In this document: positions 32,502-44,100 of the stretch, in pieces
How the letters are laid out: every line of letters starts with the position of its first letter
Numbering within the stretch: the stretch's first letter is position 1
Source: Thecamonas trahens ATCC 50062
Lineage: Eukaryota > Protista > Apusomonadida
Reading direction: 5' to 3'
NCBI RefSeq assembly: GCF_000142905.1
Contig: NW_013657628.1
Location: forward strand, 179,614 to 243,613
DNA: 64,000 bases
Program-made: the position numbers and the translations under genes
The notes under the pieces: generated by a model
Seen by the model: only the letters and a program-made list of their open reading frames with translations
Database searches by the model: none
What the model was told of the DNA's origin: nothing

Positions 32502-34293
32502 TTACGTGGACTTGGGGTAGATGAGGGCGATGACAAGCCAGACGGCGGCGACCGCGTCCGGGTAGGTGGCAACCGAGACGCGAAGGCCAAACTTGGCGCG
32601 CGGGTGCGGGGATTGGATGATGGAGGCAGCGACCGGTGAGTCGAGGAGGGCAGCCCAGATCGGGGCGGGCGAAGGCGACTTGAACTGAATGGGGAATGCC
32701 TTGAAGACCGAGCCGCGCGGAACGTGGGCGCGGACGGCCTGCTGGAACTCGGCGTTCCCGGGGACAGCGGCGCCGGCGAGGCGCTCCAGCTCATAGGTGG
32801 CGAGCGCAGGCTCGAGTAGATGTGAGAGCGGGTGTGACCAGACGGTTGAGAGGCCAAGCTCGCGACGATAAGACTCGAGGCGAGCGGCAACGACTGTCTC
32901 GAGGCCCAGCGCCGCATCGATGGCGTCCATGGGCGACGGGAGAAGGGCCGTGCGCGCAGCCGGACGCGAGGCCGCCAGCACGTCTGGATCCATGGCGGCC
33001 CAGTGGTCAGGGTTAGTCACATCAAACGCTGTGGTGGCGACCGCGTCCGAGGCCTGGGCGTTGGCATAGAGCTGAGTGTTGTTGAAGAGTGTGCCAACAG
33101 TGGCAAAGAGGGCGGAAGTATCAGGCGAGGTGAGGTCGTCGTGGGCTTCGCCCGAGAGCACATCCCAGAAGACTGGACCGGCACCGGTGGCGGGCGAGTC
33201 AAGAGTGACCACCCATGTGTAGGCGCCAGCCGGCCCAGTACCAACGGCGACGTAGGCGTTGAGGCCAAAGCCGAGGAAGAGCGAGGCGAGGAGGAGGGCA
33301 AGGTCGTGGATGGCACCCGCGCCCTGGGCAAGGACGCTGGCGGGCGCATGCCAGATCTCGGCGCGCTCGCCGCCGACGCGGAGGGGGCGGACGTGGTGAA
33401 GGAGGGCAACAAAGCGGGCGGCGGCCCGCGGCGAGCCGAGTAGCCGGCCGGCCGGCAACGGCGTGACAAAGGTCGAGACCGGGCGGGAGACGCCGGCCTC
33501 ATTTTCGGCGAGGACCTTGACGACTCGGTGACGGTGGACATCGCGTGCAGCGAGATACTCGCGCCACCACTGTTTGGCGTAGATGAGGAAGGCCTTGTCA
33601 GCCTGGGCCTCGCGCGTGCGCTCGTCCTTGAGCGCCTTGCGGAGCTCGGGCTCCTGTAGCAGGCCGGTGCACGCAAACGGCGGCGAGACCGAGAGCGCAA
33701 CATCGAGGAGGCCTGCGGTGACCGATGCACCCTCGCCGACACCGCGGAGCTCGAGTGAGGCCTTGTCGCGGACGGCGGCGAGGACGCCGCGCCACTCGAG
33801 GTCGTACGCGCCGATGACGGTGCGGACGGGCCCGGGCTCGACGCCCTGAGGATCGACACGCACAACAGCAATGTGGACGCGCTCCGCCAGGTGGAGCAGG
33901 GCGTGTGGCGGGCCAGCCGGCAGCGGGAGCTCGAACAAGGTATCAAAGCCCGGTTCAACGGCAGCAGGCACCGGCTGAGACGCGGCGCGGAAGCCGTTGA
34001 ACGAAGCCTCGACAACAAGTTGCGGGCCATCGACCGCGGCTTCAAACCCAATGTGCTCAATAAACGCCGCGCCCGACGACACCGCCAGCCGTAGCAGCCG
34101 CGGCGGCGGAGTCNNNNNNNNNNNNNNNNNNNNNNNNNNNNNNNNNNNNNNNNNNNNNNNNNNNNNNNNNNNNNNNNNNNNNNNNNNNNNNNNNNNNNNN
34201 NNNNNNNNNNNNNGGGGAGGGGAGGGGGGGGGGGAGGGGGAGGTGCGTACCCGGGGAGTGTACCGCAGCATCTACTGCTGAGGATATGTCCAT
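32502..34293 (-). CDS. CEP76: Centrosomal protein CEP76 (C2 + transglutaminase-like); 5' part interrupted by an intron and an N gap
   Basis: FLIYAKQWWREYL, VKVLAENEAG, AGRLLGSPRAAARFV, LFLGFGLNAYV, FKAFPIQF. Putative first exon 34293-34264 (MDISSAVDAA) followed by GTACAC; the acceptor is lost in the gap. Confidence 0.88.
34114..34213. other. Assembly gap (100 N)
   Basis: Run of N. Confidence 1.
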
Positions 34294-34506
34294 GGTGCAG
34301 TATTAGGGGCGGGGGAGGGGGGAGGAGGGAGGGGGGGGAGGAGGGGGGGGAGGCGGGGAGGGACGAGTGCGTGATGGGTTGGCGCGACGGGAGACGGGCG
34401 GCCGTCGAGCGGCCACCTACCAGGCAGGGGCTGTGGGTGTGGGGTGCGGGTGTTGAGAGGTAGACAATGAACGATGAATGAGTTTAGGGTGTAGGGTGGT
34501 ACTGTC

Positions 34507-36315
34507 CTACTTCATCTCGGTCCCGTCATCGTCATCGTCGGAGGCGTTGTGATGGACGGCGCCCACGAAGAACTGGAGGACGATAAAGGCGATAAAGTAG
34601 CCAGCGATGGCGAGCGAGACGATGACGTATGGCGCGGCGCCCCACTCTTTGGCCTTCATGCCGAGGTAGACGTTGATCATGGCAAAGAGTGAGAGGAAGC
34701 GGCCGAACCACCAGTGGAGGATGTCCGGGAAGATGGGGGTACCCTTGCGGTCGGGCGACCACATGAGGTTGGCCAGCTCGCCGAGGATGGGCTCGAAGAA
34801 GGTGACGATGACGATGAGAAGGCCGATGATCTTGTGGGCCTTGTTCTCGCCCTTAAAGTCCTCCTGGGTGAACCAGATGGCCATGCCAAAGGCGGCAAAG
34901 GTCATGAGGACAGCGAGCCACTGGGTGACGCGGTGAACGCGGAACCACCAGACGCCGAGCGCGTCCTTGAGGTAGCGGGCGGTAAGGATGCCACCGGGGA
35001 TCATAAAGATCCAGGCAAGGATCATGAGCCAGGCGTGGGCCTTGATGATGCGCTCACGGAGATTGTCCTCGGTCACCTTGCCGGTGAAGAAGTTGATCTT
35101 GATCTCGGACGTCGACGTCGACGCGTGCTTGGACGGCAGCGAGAGGGCGGTACCTGCGCCACCACCGGGCGTCGCCGACCCGATGGCCCACACAATGTTG
35201 ATGTCTGAGTTGGTGATGACGGCGTCGCCGGCCTCGTTCGTGTTGAGCGCCCGCACAAACTCGACGGTCATTCGCCCGCCGACTTCGGCGCCGGCCACGG
35301 CCTGGGCGTCCTGCTGGGCGTCAGCGGCGGGTGCGGCGCGGCCGGATGGGTTCTGCCGGTCGGAGACGATGTAGCCGCCGCTGGCGGCAGTCGACGCGTA
35401 CGCCATCAGCACATCGCCGGGGCCCATGAGGCCGGGGCGAGTGGTGAAGCAGACAGCAACCCAGCCGGCGGTGCCGGACTTGGACAGCGACATGGAGATG
35501 ACATTGCGGACCGTATCAACCTTGAACTTCATCACAAAATCGCCGTCGGCATAAGTAAAGGCGTCGGTAAGGTCGACGGCGGCGGACGACGGTGGAGGCG
35601 GCGCGGCCGGCGGCGGCGGTGGCGTGCACACTGCCGTCGTGGTGAAGTCGATTGAGAACTTGTTGTAGGCGCCAGAATGAAAGTCGCTTGAAACCGGCGG
35701 ATCCGATGGGTTCGACGTGCTCATGGCAAAGGCCATGGCGTTGGAGCCGGTCCCGGCCCACGTCAAATCCTCACTGTCGGCAGGTGCATCGAGCGCCTTG
35801 GTCCATCGAGCCGTGAGCACGCCGCCGACGCGCTCGACCGCGCGGTTGGTCAGTGAGTTGGTTGAGTCGATCGAGATGACCTCGTTGCCGGCTGCCGAGC
35901 GGAAGCCGTCCAGCACCTTGGGCGTTGTGCCGTCGAGAAAAGCAAAGGCAAAATCGCCACCCGACATGGTTCCGCCTGAAAAGCGGGCGAGACCAAGCCA
36001 GCCGGCGTCAATGGGTGCCGAGATAGCAAGGTCGACTGTCGTGGCGGACGTTTTGTTCCAGTACACCTTGATGTCGAGCAACTCGTTCACCCGCTGGCAC
36101 TCCATGCCGTCGCTCAGTGCTCCATGGGCGGGGCCTGTACCAGCCATCGGTCCCAACCGGCCGTGCAGAGTGAGTCAAAAAAACGAGCCTTTCGATCGCT
36201 CCTTCCGCCCTCTGGTCCACGCGCCCTGACTCGCCCTCGTCCACGTACCTGCTGCCAACACAGCCACGAGCACGGCCAGGCATGCAATGCCAACCACGCG
36301 CCGGGTTACGATCAT
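34507..36315 (-). CDS. DOMON-DOMON-cytochrome b561 protein (FRRS1/SDR2-like ferric reductase); 2 exons (36315-36249, 36134-34507)
   Basis: Signal peptide MIVTRRVVGIACLAVLVAVLAA; two DOMON domains (GWLGL..GTMSGGD; GWVAVCF..LMGPGD); four b561 histidines AHAWLM, FRVHR, AHKIIG, LHWWFGR. Intron 36248-36135 GTACGT...ACTCAC...ACAG. Confidence 0.9.
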
Positions 36316-36923
36316 CTCGAATCCTTTGAAGCAGGAAGCAGAGGCGAGACGTGTACCAAGCGTAGGGTCTTTCGCCCCGTGCAACAGGTTGAAAAGCTAG
36401 GCTCAGGCATCATGTCGTCAGCCAGTTTCGCGCCTGGCGCTGGCCAAGGCATGAGAGATGATGGAGATGGAGAGAGAAGGAAGAGGTTAGAGGGGAGGGG
36501 AGGAGTGATGCGGAGGAGGAGGGGAGGAGGAGGAGGAGGGAGGAGGGAGATGGCGAATACAGACATCCCCGCAGTCGATGAGGAAGCAGTGGGAGGTTCG
36601 GATGGCATCCTGCACACCTGCACATGTAGCATGCAGGTAGAAGGGTTGCGGCGTGTTAGTAGTGATGATGACAAAGTGTGGTGCAGTCGCGGGTTGGCAA
36701 GCGGTGCAAACTCACGGGTGGCTGCGGCAGGCGAGGGGAGGGGGTGCTCTGACGTATGTATCGGGCTGGAGTAAGAAGGTACGAGGTGCTGAGCCGGCGT
36801 GTCATGTCTGCCAGATATGTTTGTCTACACCGTGGTGGTAAGCAGCTTTTGAGCTGCGCGATCTAGCGAGCGAGCGGATGAAGAAAGTTGTTCGCTGCCT
36901 GGGCGACGCAGTTGGTCGCACAT

Positions 36924-37523
36924 CTAGTGGATGTTGCGGACCACCTTTTTCATCAACGGGGTCTTAGACTCGGCGAGGGCAGCCTCGAGGACAGAGGTGA
37001 GGTGCTTCATGTTGGCGTAGTCGAGCTGAAGGACAACCGAGGGGTGTGCCGCGTCCTTGAGCTGCAGCTCGAGGTAGTACAGCGGGTTGACCATCGAGTG
37101 GACGGAGCGTGAGGCGAGCTGGACGTCGAGGCGCCACGAGGCGTGGTGCAGGCGTGGGAGGGTCATGGACAGTTCGGCCTGGACCAGGCGAATGTTGTCG
37201 ACCTCGGCCAGATAGAGGGCCAGCATGGCGTCCTGGAGGCCGGTTGGCCAGGCCATGGGTGCCAGACACTCGCGGAACTCGGCCTCGGTGAGGCGGAGCT
37301 TGGCGGCCTCGGAGAAGAGGAAGCACAGGCCCTCGACCGAGGCCTCCACAACATCGACAGCCACGCCGAGCTTACTGGCGGCTCCGGCAAAGACCTTTGT
37401 GTTGGCGCCGTGCTTGAGGAACTGGACGGCAAGGGTGCAGAACTGGTCGACCGCCGCCGACGGGAGGCCCGCCAGGTGGGCGAGGTCGGTCTTGAGCTCG
37501 TCCTTGAGGACAAGGACAGGCAT
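36924..37523 (-). CDS. COMMD2: COMM domain-containing protein 2
   Basis: LAHLAGL..AVDQFCTLAVQFLKHGANTKVFAGAASKLGV...VEGLCFL; COMM domain WRLDVQLASRS...LQLDYANMKHLTSVLEAAL. Confidence 0.9.
   Translation of the reverse strand: MPVLVLKDELKTDLAHLAGLPSAAVDQFCTLAVQFLKHGANTKVFAGAASKLGVAVDVVEASVEGLCFLFSEAAKLRLTEAEFRECLAPMAWPTGLQDAMLALYLAEVDNIRLVQAELSMTLPRLHHASWRLDVQLASRSVHSMVNPLYYLELQLKDAAHPSVVLQLDYANMKHLTSVLEAALAESKTPLMKKVVRNIH

Positions 37524-37550
<27 letters not shown>
37524..37550. repeat. (TG)n microsatellite directly upstream of the COMMD2 start codon
   Basis: Read directly from the sequence. Confidence 0.9.
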
Positions 37551-37554
<4 letters not shown>

Positions 37555-37816
37555 TTAGGGTAGGGGTGGAAGGGTGGTAGGTGAGGGGGGTGAGGTGGGG
37601 GTGTGAGGGGTGGCTGGCTCGTGACTGGTTGGTTGGCCTGCGACTGGTTAGGGAAAGTGGGAAGTGGGGAAGGGGAGGGGGAGGAAGGGGGGGGGGGCGG
37701 CCGGAGGGCGAGCGGTGGGTGGTGGGGAGGGGCAGAGGTGGGAACGTTCGGGAACATGACCTTTGTCCAGGCCACTCGTCCCACCACACACACGCACAGC
37801 CACACACACGCAAAGG

Positions 37817-38529
37817 ATGGCACAGCAGGGCGCCACCCTGCAGAACTTCAACAATGAGCTCGTGAAGAGTACGTGGGTGGCAAAGGGTTGCGGCCGGCGG
37901 CCGCCGTTTGCGGCGCCGAATTTGCGCGCGCTTTGCCGCCGCCACACGCCCGCCGGCGGGGGTCACCGGGCGCGCACTGCTGCACGCAGGCTGCCGGCAG
38001 TAGAGTAGAGGGGGTAGAGGGGGGTAGGGGGGCTGGTGGGTGGCGGTGGGTGTGGGTTGGGGTGATGGCAGGGGCGCTGCATGCGGCAGTGAGCGACTCA
38101 CGGGCGGCGGGCGGCGGGCGGGCGGCGGCGGGCGGCGGCGGGATGGATGTAGGTATCGAGGAGCTGCGCGAGAAGCGCGAGCAGATCTCCCGGGCGATCC
38201 TCAAGGAAGAGGAAGAGAAGGCAAAGATCTCGAATGGTACGTCGGGAGGATGAAACAACAGTTAGGGGAGCACGAGGAAGAGAAGACGGGCAGGGTGGAC
38301 TCATGGTGCTTGACTTGCTGGCGACGGCGGCGCAGACCTGCGGATCCTGACTGAGCGACTGTCGCGGATCAATGAGTCGCTTGCGCGCAAGATCTCGGCG
38401 CGCAACGAGTACGACAAGACCATCCAGGAGACGGAGCAGGCGTACATGAAGATCCTGGAGTCGTCGCAGACGCTGCTGCATGTGCTCAAGCGCGAGACGG
38501 TCAACCTCAACAAGCAGGTCGGCCAGTGA
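37817..38529 (+). CDS. SSNA1: SSNA1/DIP13/NA14 microtubule-associated coiled-coil protein; 3 exons (37817-37868, 38153-38236, 38336-38529), 109 aa; not recovered as one ORF in the track
   Basis: Spliced: [109 protein letters not shown]. Both introns are GTACGT...AG. Confidence 0.95.
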
Positions 38530-39003
38530 GCGGCTGCCCTCTTGCGGCCCATGTAAAGAAATGCGTACACTCGTCCGAGGCTGTTTTGGCCACCCATGTC
38601 CGGGACGAGATGTCATCGCGGGCGGGCACGGTTGATCCGATCGACAAGCCATACGTGCCGTGACAACAAAGCGGAGCAGACGATGCCGCTGGGAGAAGAG
38701 AGGAAGAGCGAAGAGTACGTGAAGTGCCAGGCAGCAAAGATACACATGTGGGGAGCGATGTCGGTCATCGGCTATGGCGAGACAAGCGACAAGTACCGAA
38801 GTTACCCGTCTGAGACTGGTTGGTTTCTCGCCGATAATTCATGTTCTGCAACAGATACAGTCTATCCAGCTTGCTCAAGTCATGAACACAACTCCCGCTT
38901 GTTGTTGATGTGCTGTATAGCATGGACGATCAAGTCCTTGGCGCGTTGTGCAGGGGTTTCCTTCAAGAGCTTCCTCCGCCTGCTCCAGCAGAGGGCTTTA
39001 GGC

Positions 39004-39142
39004 AAATTGTAAAATATTTCAGTATTCGTAAATATATTTGATTATATAGATTCAAAAATAAAAACGGTAACAAAAACGCTTCAATCATATAATTAAATAT
39101 TTTGAATAGATTTGTTTATTTTATATAAGTATATAGTTAAAT
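39004..39142. other. AT-rich island (about 16% GC), probable mitochondrial DNA insertion (NUMT)
   Basis: 22 G+C in 139 nt by manual count, with sharp borders in a GC-rich window. The origin is inferred, not demonstrated. Confidence 0.55.
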
Positions 39143-39712
39143 GGAGGCACGTCGGTCGGCGTCCGGCAGCTGTTGAGTTGGGCCTAGCTTCCGTCACCCC
39201 CCACAGCTTCGCTCTCCATTCCAGACCTCATCAGGTAGCTTGATCGGCAAGCTCTGAACAGCTTTGATCTGTTGTCGACGTGCAGATGGCTCTGCGTGTG
39301 TGAATCAGTGTCGGAAACCGGCCAGGTGGAGCTTCCGCTGGTGCTGGGTCCGAGTCCGGAGATCGCGTTTCTTGCTGGGGCCACTGGCTCCTCCTGCCGC
39401 ACCACTCCGCACCACTCCGCTCTTACACGTGCTCTGTCGCCTGTGGATGGCAAAGACCAGTACGCATGCCCCCCCCTTCCCCTTCCCTTCCCTTCCCCCA
39501 TCTTCCGCTACCCTTCGCCGTTTCTTCTTCTCTTCCCCCTCCCTCTCTCCCCTTCCTTCCACCTCCTTCTGCCAGCCTTTCTTCCATTCGCACCACCACC
39601 TCACCCACCCGCCCACCCCCTTTCGACCGTAGAACGCGTAGCACTCCCGCACAACAACGAGCGGCCGGTAACACACCCGTCGACACCCTCATCCCCCCCT
39701 TTTTCTCGCGCC

Positions 39713-40963
39713 ATGGCATCTGGATCGTCTGCAGGCTCTGGACCGAAGATCGAGATCCTGCGGATCCCGCCGTTCTCGTACCTGCATGTCACCGACTCGA
39801 ACACCAACGTGACGCGGGTGGTGGAAGGCCCGCAGACCTTTACCTGCATGGACCACGAGGTTGTAGTACTCGGCCCGGTGCCGATGGTAGCGCTTCCACC
39901 GCGGCACTTTTGCATCGTGTCGAATCCGGTTGTCCGCGACGGCGCGAGCGGCGCCGTTGTCTTTGACGGCCACCACCAGGCCAAGCTGCGCCACGGCGAC
40001 CGCGAGGTCCGGCTGGCGCGCGACTACCCGGACCCATTTGCGCTGTATCCGGGCGAGGAGCTGACGCCAAAGACCATGATTCCGCTACAGGTTGTGCCCG
40101 AGAACACGGCCCTGCGCCTGCGGGCCACGCGCGACTTTACGGACCGCCTCACCGAAGACGCGCCCGTCGCGCGCTGCGCCGGCGAGGAGTGGCTCTTCCG
40201 CGGCCATCGGACCTACTATCCGCAAGTTGAAGTGGAGATTCTCGACACGCTCAAGGCTGTTGTCCTCGGGCCCAACCAGGCGCTCCGCCTGCAGGCCCGC
40301 AACTCGACGGTCGACTCTACCGGGACCGCTCGCTCTGCCGGCGAGGAGTGGCTTGTCCTCTCCGAGGGCGCGTACTTGCCGGACGTCGAGGAGATCGTGG
40401 TCGGCGTTGTCGACGCCGTCGTCCTTACCAACACCACCGCCTTGCACCTCCGGGCTGAAAACGACTTTACCGACGTCTACGGTGTCGAGCGCAAGACTGG
40501 CGACGAGTGGCTGGTGACCAAGGCCATGCGCGAGATGCACATTCCGGGCGTTGCCGAGCACGTCGTGAGCGTCGACGACCTCATCACCCTCGCCAACGGT
40601 GAGTACGCTGTCGTCAACGATCCCGTCGATCTCGAGTCTGGCGAGCCCGACATCGGCGCCCAGCGCCTTGTCCTCGGCCCAACCTCGTTCTTCCTCCAGC
40701 CTGGCGAGCGCCTTGATGACGACGTTGGCATCGGAACGGCCTGCGTTCTTGGCGAAGAGGAGGCCCTTCTCCTCACCGCCCGCTTCAACTTTACTGACGA
40801 TGCCGGCGTTGCCCGCCGTGCCGGCGATCGCTGGCTCTGGTATGGCCCGGGCTCGTACGTCCCGCCGCCCGCCGTCCGCATCCTCGCCCGCAAGCGCGCC
40901 CTCGTCCACATCGAGGGCTGGCTCAACGCCTTTTTCTGGCTCACTACCCACTCGTTTGCCTGA
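39713..40963 (+). CDS. Major vault protein-like, N-terminal repeats only (416 aa)
   Basis: RIPPFSYLHVTDSNTNVTRVVEGPQTF, LRHGDREVRL, PFALYPGEEL, repeated ALRLRA..DF...R.AG(E/D)EWL..G.Y.P. Possible upstream mini-exon 39447-39459 (intron 39460-39632, GTACGC...GTAG) joins in frame. Confidence 0.9.
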   Translation: MASGSSAGSGPKIEILRIPPFSYLHVTDSNTNVTRVVEGPQTFTCMDHEVVVLGPVPMVALPPRHFCIVSNPVVRDGASGAVVFDGHHQAKLRHGDREVRLARDYPDPFALYPGEELTPKTMIPLQVVPENTALRLRATRDFTDRLTEDAPVARCAGEEWLFRGHRTYYPQVEVEILDTLKAVVLGPNQALRLQARNSTVDSTGTARSAGEEWLVLSEGAYLPDVEEIVVGVVDAVVLTNTTALHLRAENDFTDVYGVERKTGDEWLVTKAMREMHIPGVAEHVVSVDDLITLANGEYAVVNDPVDLESGEPDIGAQRLVLGPTSFFLQPGERLDDDVGIGTACVLGEEEALLLTARFNFTDDAGVARRAGDRWLWYGPGSYVPPPAVRILARKRALVHIEGWLNAFFWLTTHSFA

Positions 40964-41121
40964 CCGCCCGCCCTCCCGCTCAGCCTCCATCCGGATTGTG
41001 CCGTCGTGCAGGAACTTTCCGAATTGAATTCTACCGCGCCCTGCCCTGACGACTGGGGGGGTACCAGGCTGCCGGGTGAGCCCCCTCCCACCCCACCCCA
41101 CCCCCCATACGCCCTGCAGAC

Positions 41122-44100
41122 ATGTCGTCCGAAGGGTGGACCCGCGTGGGCAAGGGCAAGCGCAGGGCCCGCAACAGAGCCCGCTCGGTCTCGGCCCGCC
41201 TCCCGCCGCACGACGCCTCTGTGCGCGCCAACCCGTACGCCGGCATGCCCGACCCGGACGCTCCACCCGACCCGGCGGCAGCATCCCCGGCGAAGAGCCC
41301 GCCACCCAAGTCGCCGGCTGGCTCGCCGCCAGCCATGCTACGGTCGGCTGCACCTGCACCCACTGCTGTACCCGCCGCCCGCGTCGGCCGCGGCGCGGCT
41401 CCAGAACTCGCGCGCGGCTCAAAGAGCGCCGCCTCCGCCCGGGCGAGCGGGCGGCGGGCGCGCGGGAGCGAAGAAGACAAGGACCACTGGCGGCGGTTCC
41501 AGATGCTAATCGACTCGGTCCACACCTCGATCGACTCGCTGTACCAGCTTTGCGAGGTCCGCGAGTCGGTCGACGAGTGCGAGGAGGTCGCCCGGGTCCT
41601 CGCCAAGTCGTCGGCCGACTTTGACCTCCTTGTTGACCGCATCCGCAAGCAGACTGCGCATCAGAACGAGCCCAAGGCTAAGCCCATCTCGTGGGACGTC
41701 CGTGGTGCATACGTCTCCAAGACTGCACCCATTTCGTGGGCGAACATCGTCCGCAACCCGCTGGCCGCATCCGCCGCCGCCGCCACTGTCGCCGCCGTCG
41801 CCGCGCAGGCGGCTTCCCCGGCTGGCTCCAAGGCCAAAGCCAAGGCCAAGGCTAAAGCCAAGGCCAAGGCCCAGACCAAGGCCAAAGCCCAGGCTGCTGC
41901 TAATGCCAGCTCGCCGCAGCACAGCCCCAACCGGATGCGCTCAGCTCGCCGCACGCTCGATCTCTCGCCGTCGGCCGTCAGCTCTTCGGCCACGGCCGAC
42001 CGCTCCACTTCACCACGCACGGCGAAGGCTCCGTCCGAGCCGCTGCCCGATCTTGAGCTTGAGGCCTCGTCAGAGGTCTCACCCGAGTCTGGCTCGGGCA
42101 AACCAGAGACCTCGCCAGCAGCGGCACCGCTCTCCGGATGGAGCGACGACGACGAGCTGCCGACGGGCGAGTTTGACCCTTTCCAGGAGTTTGCTGCTCG
42201 GTCAGGCAAGCTTGCATGGGCCGACTACACCTCGCCGCAGTCGCCAACCCGTGGACGCAACCTCCACCGCAAGCTCTCGTCGCCCGAGCGCAAGAAGCGC
42301 AACCCGCACGAGGCCGCACGTATTGCGGCCGAGAAGCAGGCACGGGCACAGGAAGCCCGCGAGCGGGTCGAGCAGGAGAAAATCCTTCGGGCGCGATCAC
42401 ACCACAACGAGCGCGTCGCCGCACACCGTGAGCTCGAGCGGCAGCGTGCGCAGGAACGCGCCGCCCGCGCCGACGAAAAGCAGGCCAAGGCTGCGGTCCT
42501 ACGCGAGGAGGCACTTGCCGCCAAAGTCCGCAAGGCTCAGGCCGAAGACGCCAAGGTCCGGGAGAACGCCATTGTGCGCGAGCTCTCCGAGGCTGCGTCG
42601 CGGGCCGAGCTGCAGCGGCGGTTGCTCCGCGACGAGGCCCGGACTGCCGAGCTCCGCGCTAAGAAGGAGGAGAAGACCAAGGCCAAGCGCGCCAAGGACG
42701 CGGCCAAGAAGCGGATCGTTGGCGCGGCTGGGCCGGGTACGGCCCCGCTCAAGCCCAAGATCTGCCGAGTCTGTGTCAGTGACCTGCCAACACCAACCAA
42801 GGCCTCCATCGCCAAACATCTCAAGTCGCAGGCCCACGTCGTTGCCGCCGCCCGCCTTGCGCTCACCGACGGAGACATGATCAACTCGCCTGTCGTCGAC
42901 GCCCGCACCGCCCTGCTCTCACTCACGGCTGCCGAGCGCGAGGCCCGCGCCGCCCGCGCTCAGGCTGGGCGCAAAAAGGGCAAGAAGCTCCGCGCCGCTG
43001 CCGCCGCCATACGACTCTCGCCGCACGGGCTTGAGGCTGTCATCGCCGCCGCCTGCCGTGCCGAGTTTGGTGCCATGCCACCGGCGCCAAAGAAGACCTC
43101 CCTCACCCCGCTCGCCAGTGCGTTGCGCGAGTTTGTAGCTGCTGCCGAGCGCGGGCGCGCCCTCACCGCGCTCGACGTTCAGAGCGGCTTCCATGCCGTC
43201 CGCCGCGTTGCGGCGCTGTACTCACTACCGTCGGTGCGCGGCTCGACGTCAGGCGTTCACTTTGAGGCCTGGTCGCGGCTGGTCACCTCGGACGGTGTCA
43301 TTTTTGCGCTCCTCGACATCATTGCCCTCAGCAATGTTCCGCCCTCAATCTTGGGTCTTTCCTCGGTCGTGCTCCTCGAGGCTATTCGGGCCTCTCGCCA
43401 CGTCAGGCTTGCCATTCTGGCGTCAGGCAAGGCGTCGGCACTCGTCCGTGCTACCATCACGCTTGTCTCCAAGACGCTGGTGCCGAGCGAGCTCGAGACC
43501 GCAGCCTCCCTCGTGTGCGCGTTCACCATCCTCTGCTCGGCGCGCGACAGCGCTCCTGAGCTCAGCGACGCTGCGTCTGCCGAACTTGCGGGCAAGCTCG
43601 ATCCCGACGACGCGGCAGGCTTTGCAGAGCTCGAACCGCGGATCCGGCGGCTTCGCACCAACCTCCTCAAACAGGCGGTCCACATGCAGGCTGTTGAGGC
43701 CGTCGTCGACTGTATGATGACGTACGGCGAGCTGACGTTTAGCTCGCCGCCCTCGCCCACCACCGCCTTTGTCATTCGCGCGCTGCAGATGCTCAACTCT
43801 CTCGCCGGCGCGGCGCGCGACACGGCCGACGACGACGGCTCATCCGGCTCGACTGTCGTCCGGTCGCTCCTCCTCACTGCGTTCCAGCAGGCTTCAGTCC
43901 CAGCGCACATGGTCACGTTTCTCAACTCGATCCTCCTCCGCGCTGGCCCTCTCGAAACCGCCGACTCCGTGCCGGCGCTGTCGCCGGCGACACTCACCGT
44001 CTTTGAGCTCGCGCTCCGCCTCATGAACACGGTTGCGGCGTCGGACGCGGTCCTCGTCCAGACCGCGCTCACCGAAGAGTCGCTGCTCTCGCGACAGGAG

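Noticed and set aside
34482-34497. Telomere-like TTTAGGG/GTAGGG motifs (also near 37555 and 17910)
   Set aside because: Only 1-2 degenerate units within G-rich tracts; not an array.
40855-40860. GTACGT donor that might splice the MVP-like gene to a missing C-terminus
   Set aside because: It lies in conserved MVP coding sequence (SYVP), and no shoulder or cap-helix exon is recognisable downstream in the window.
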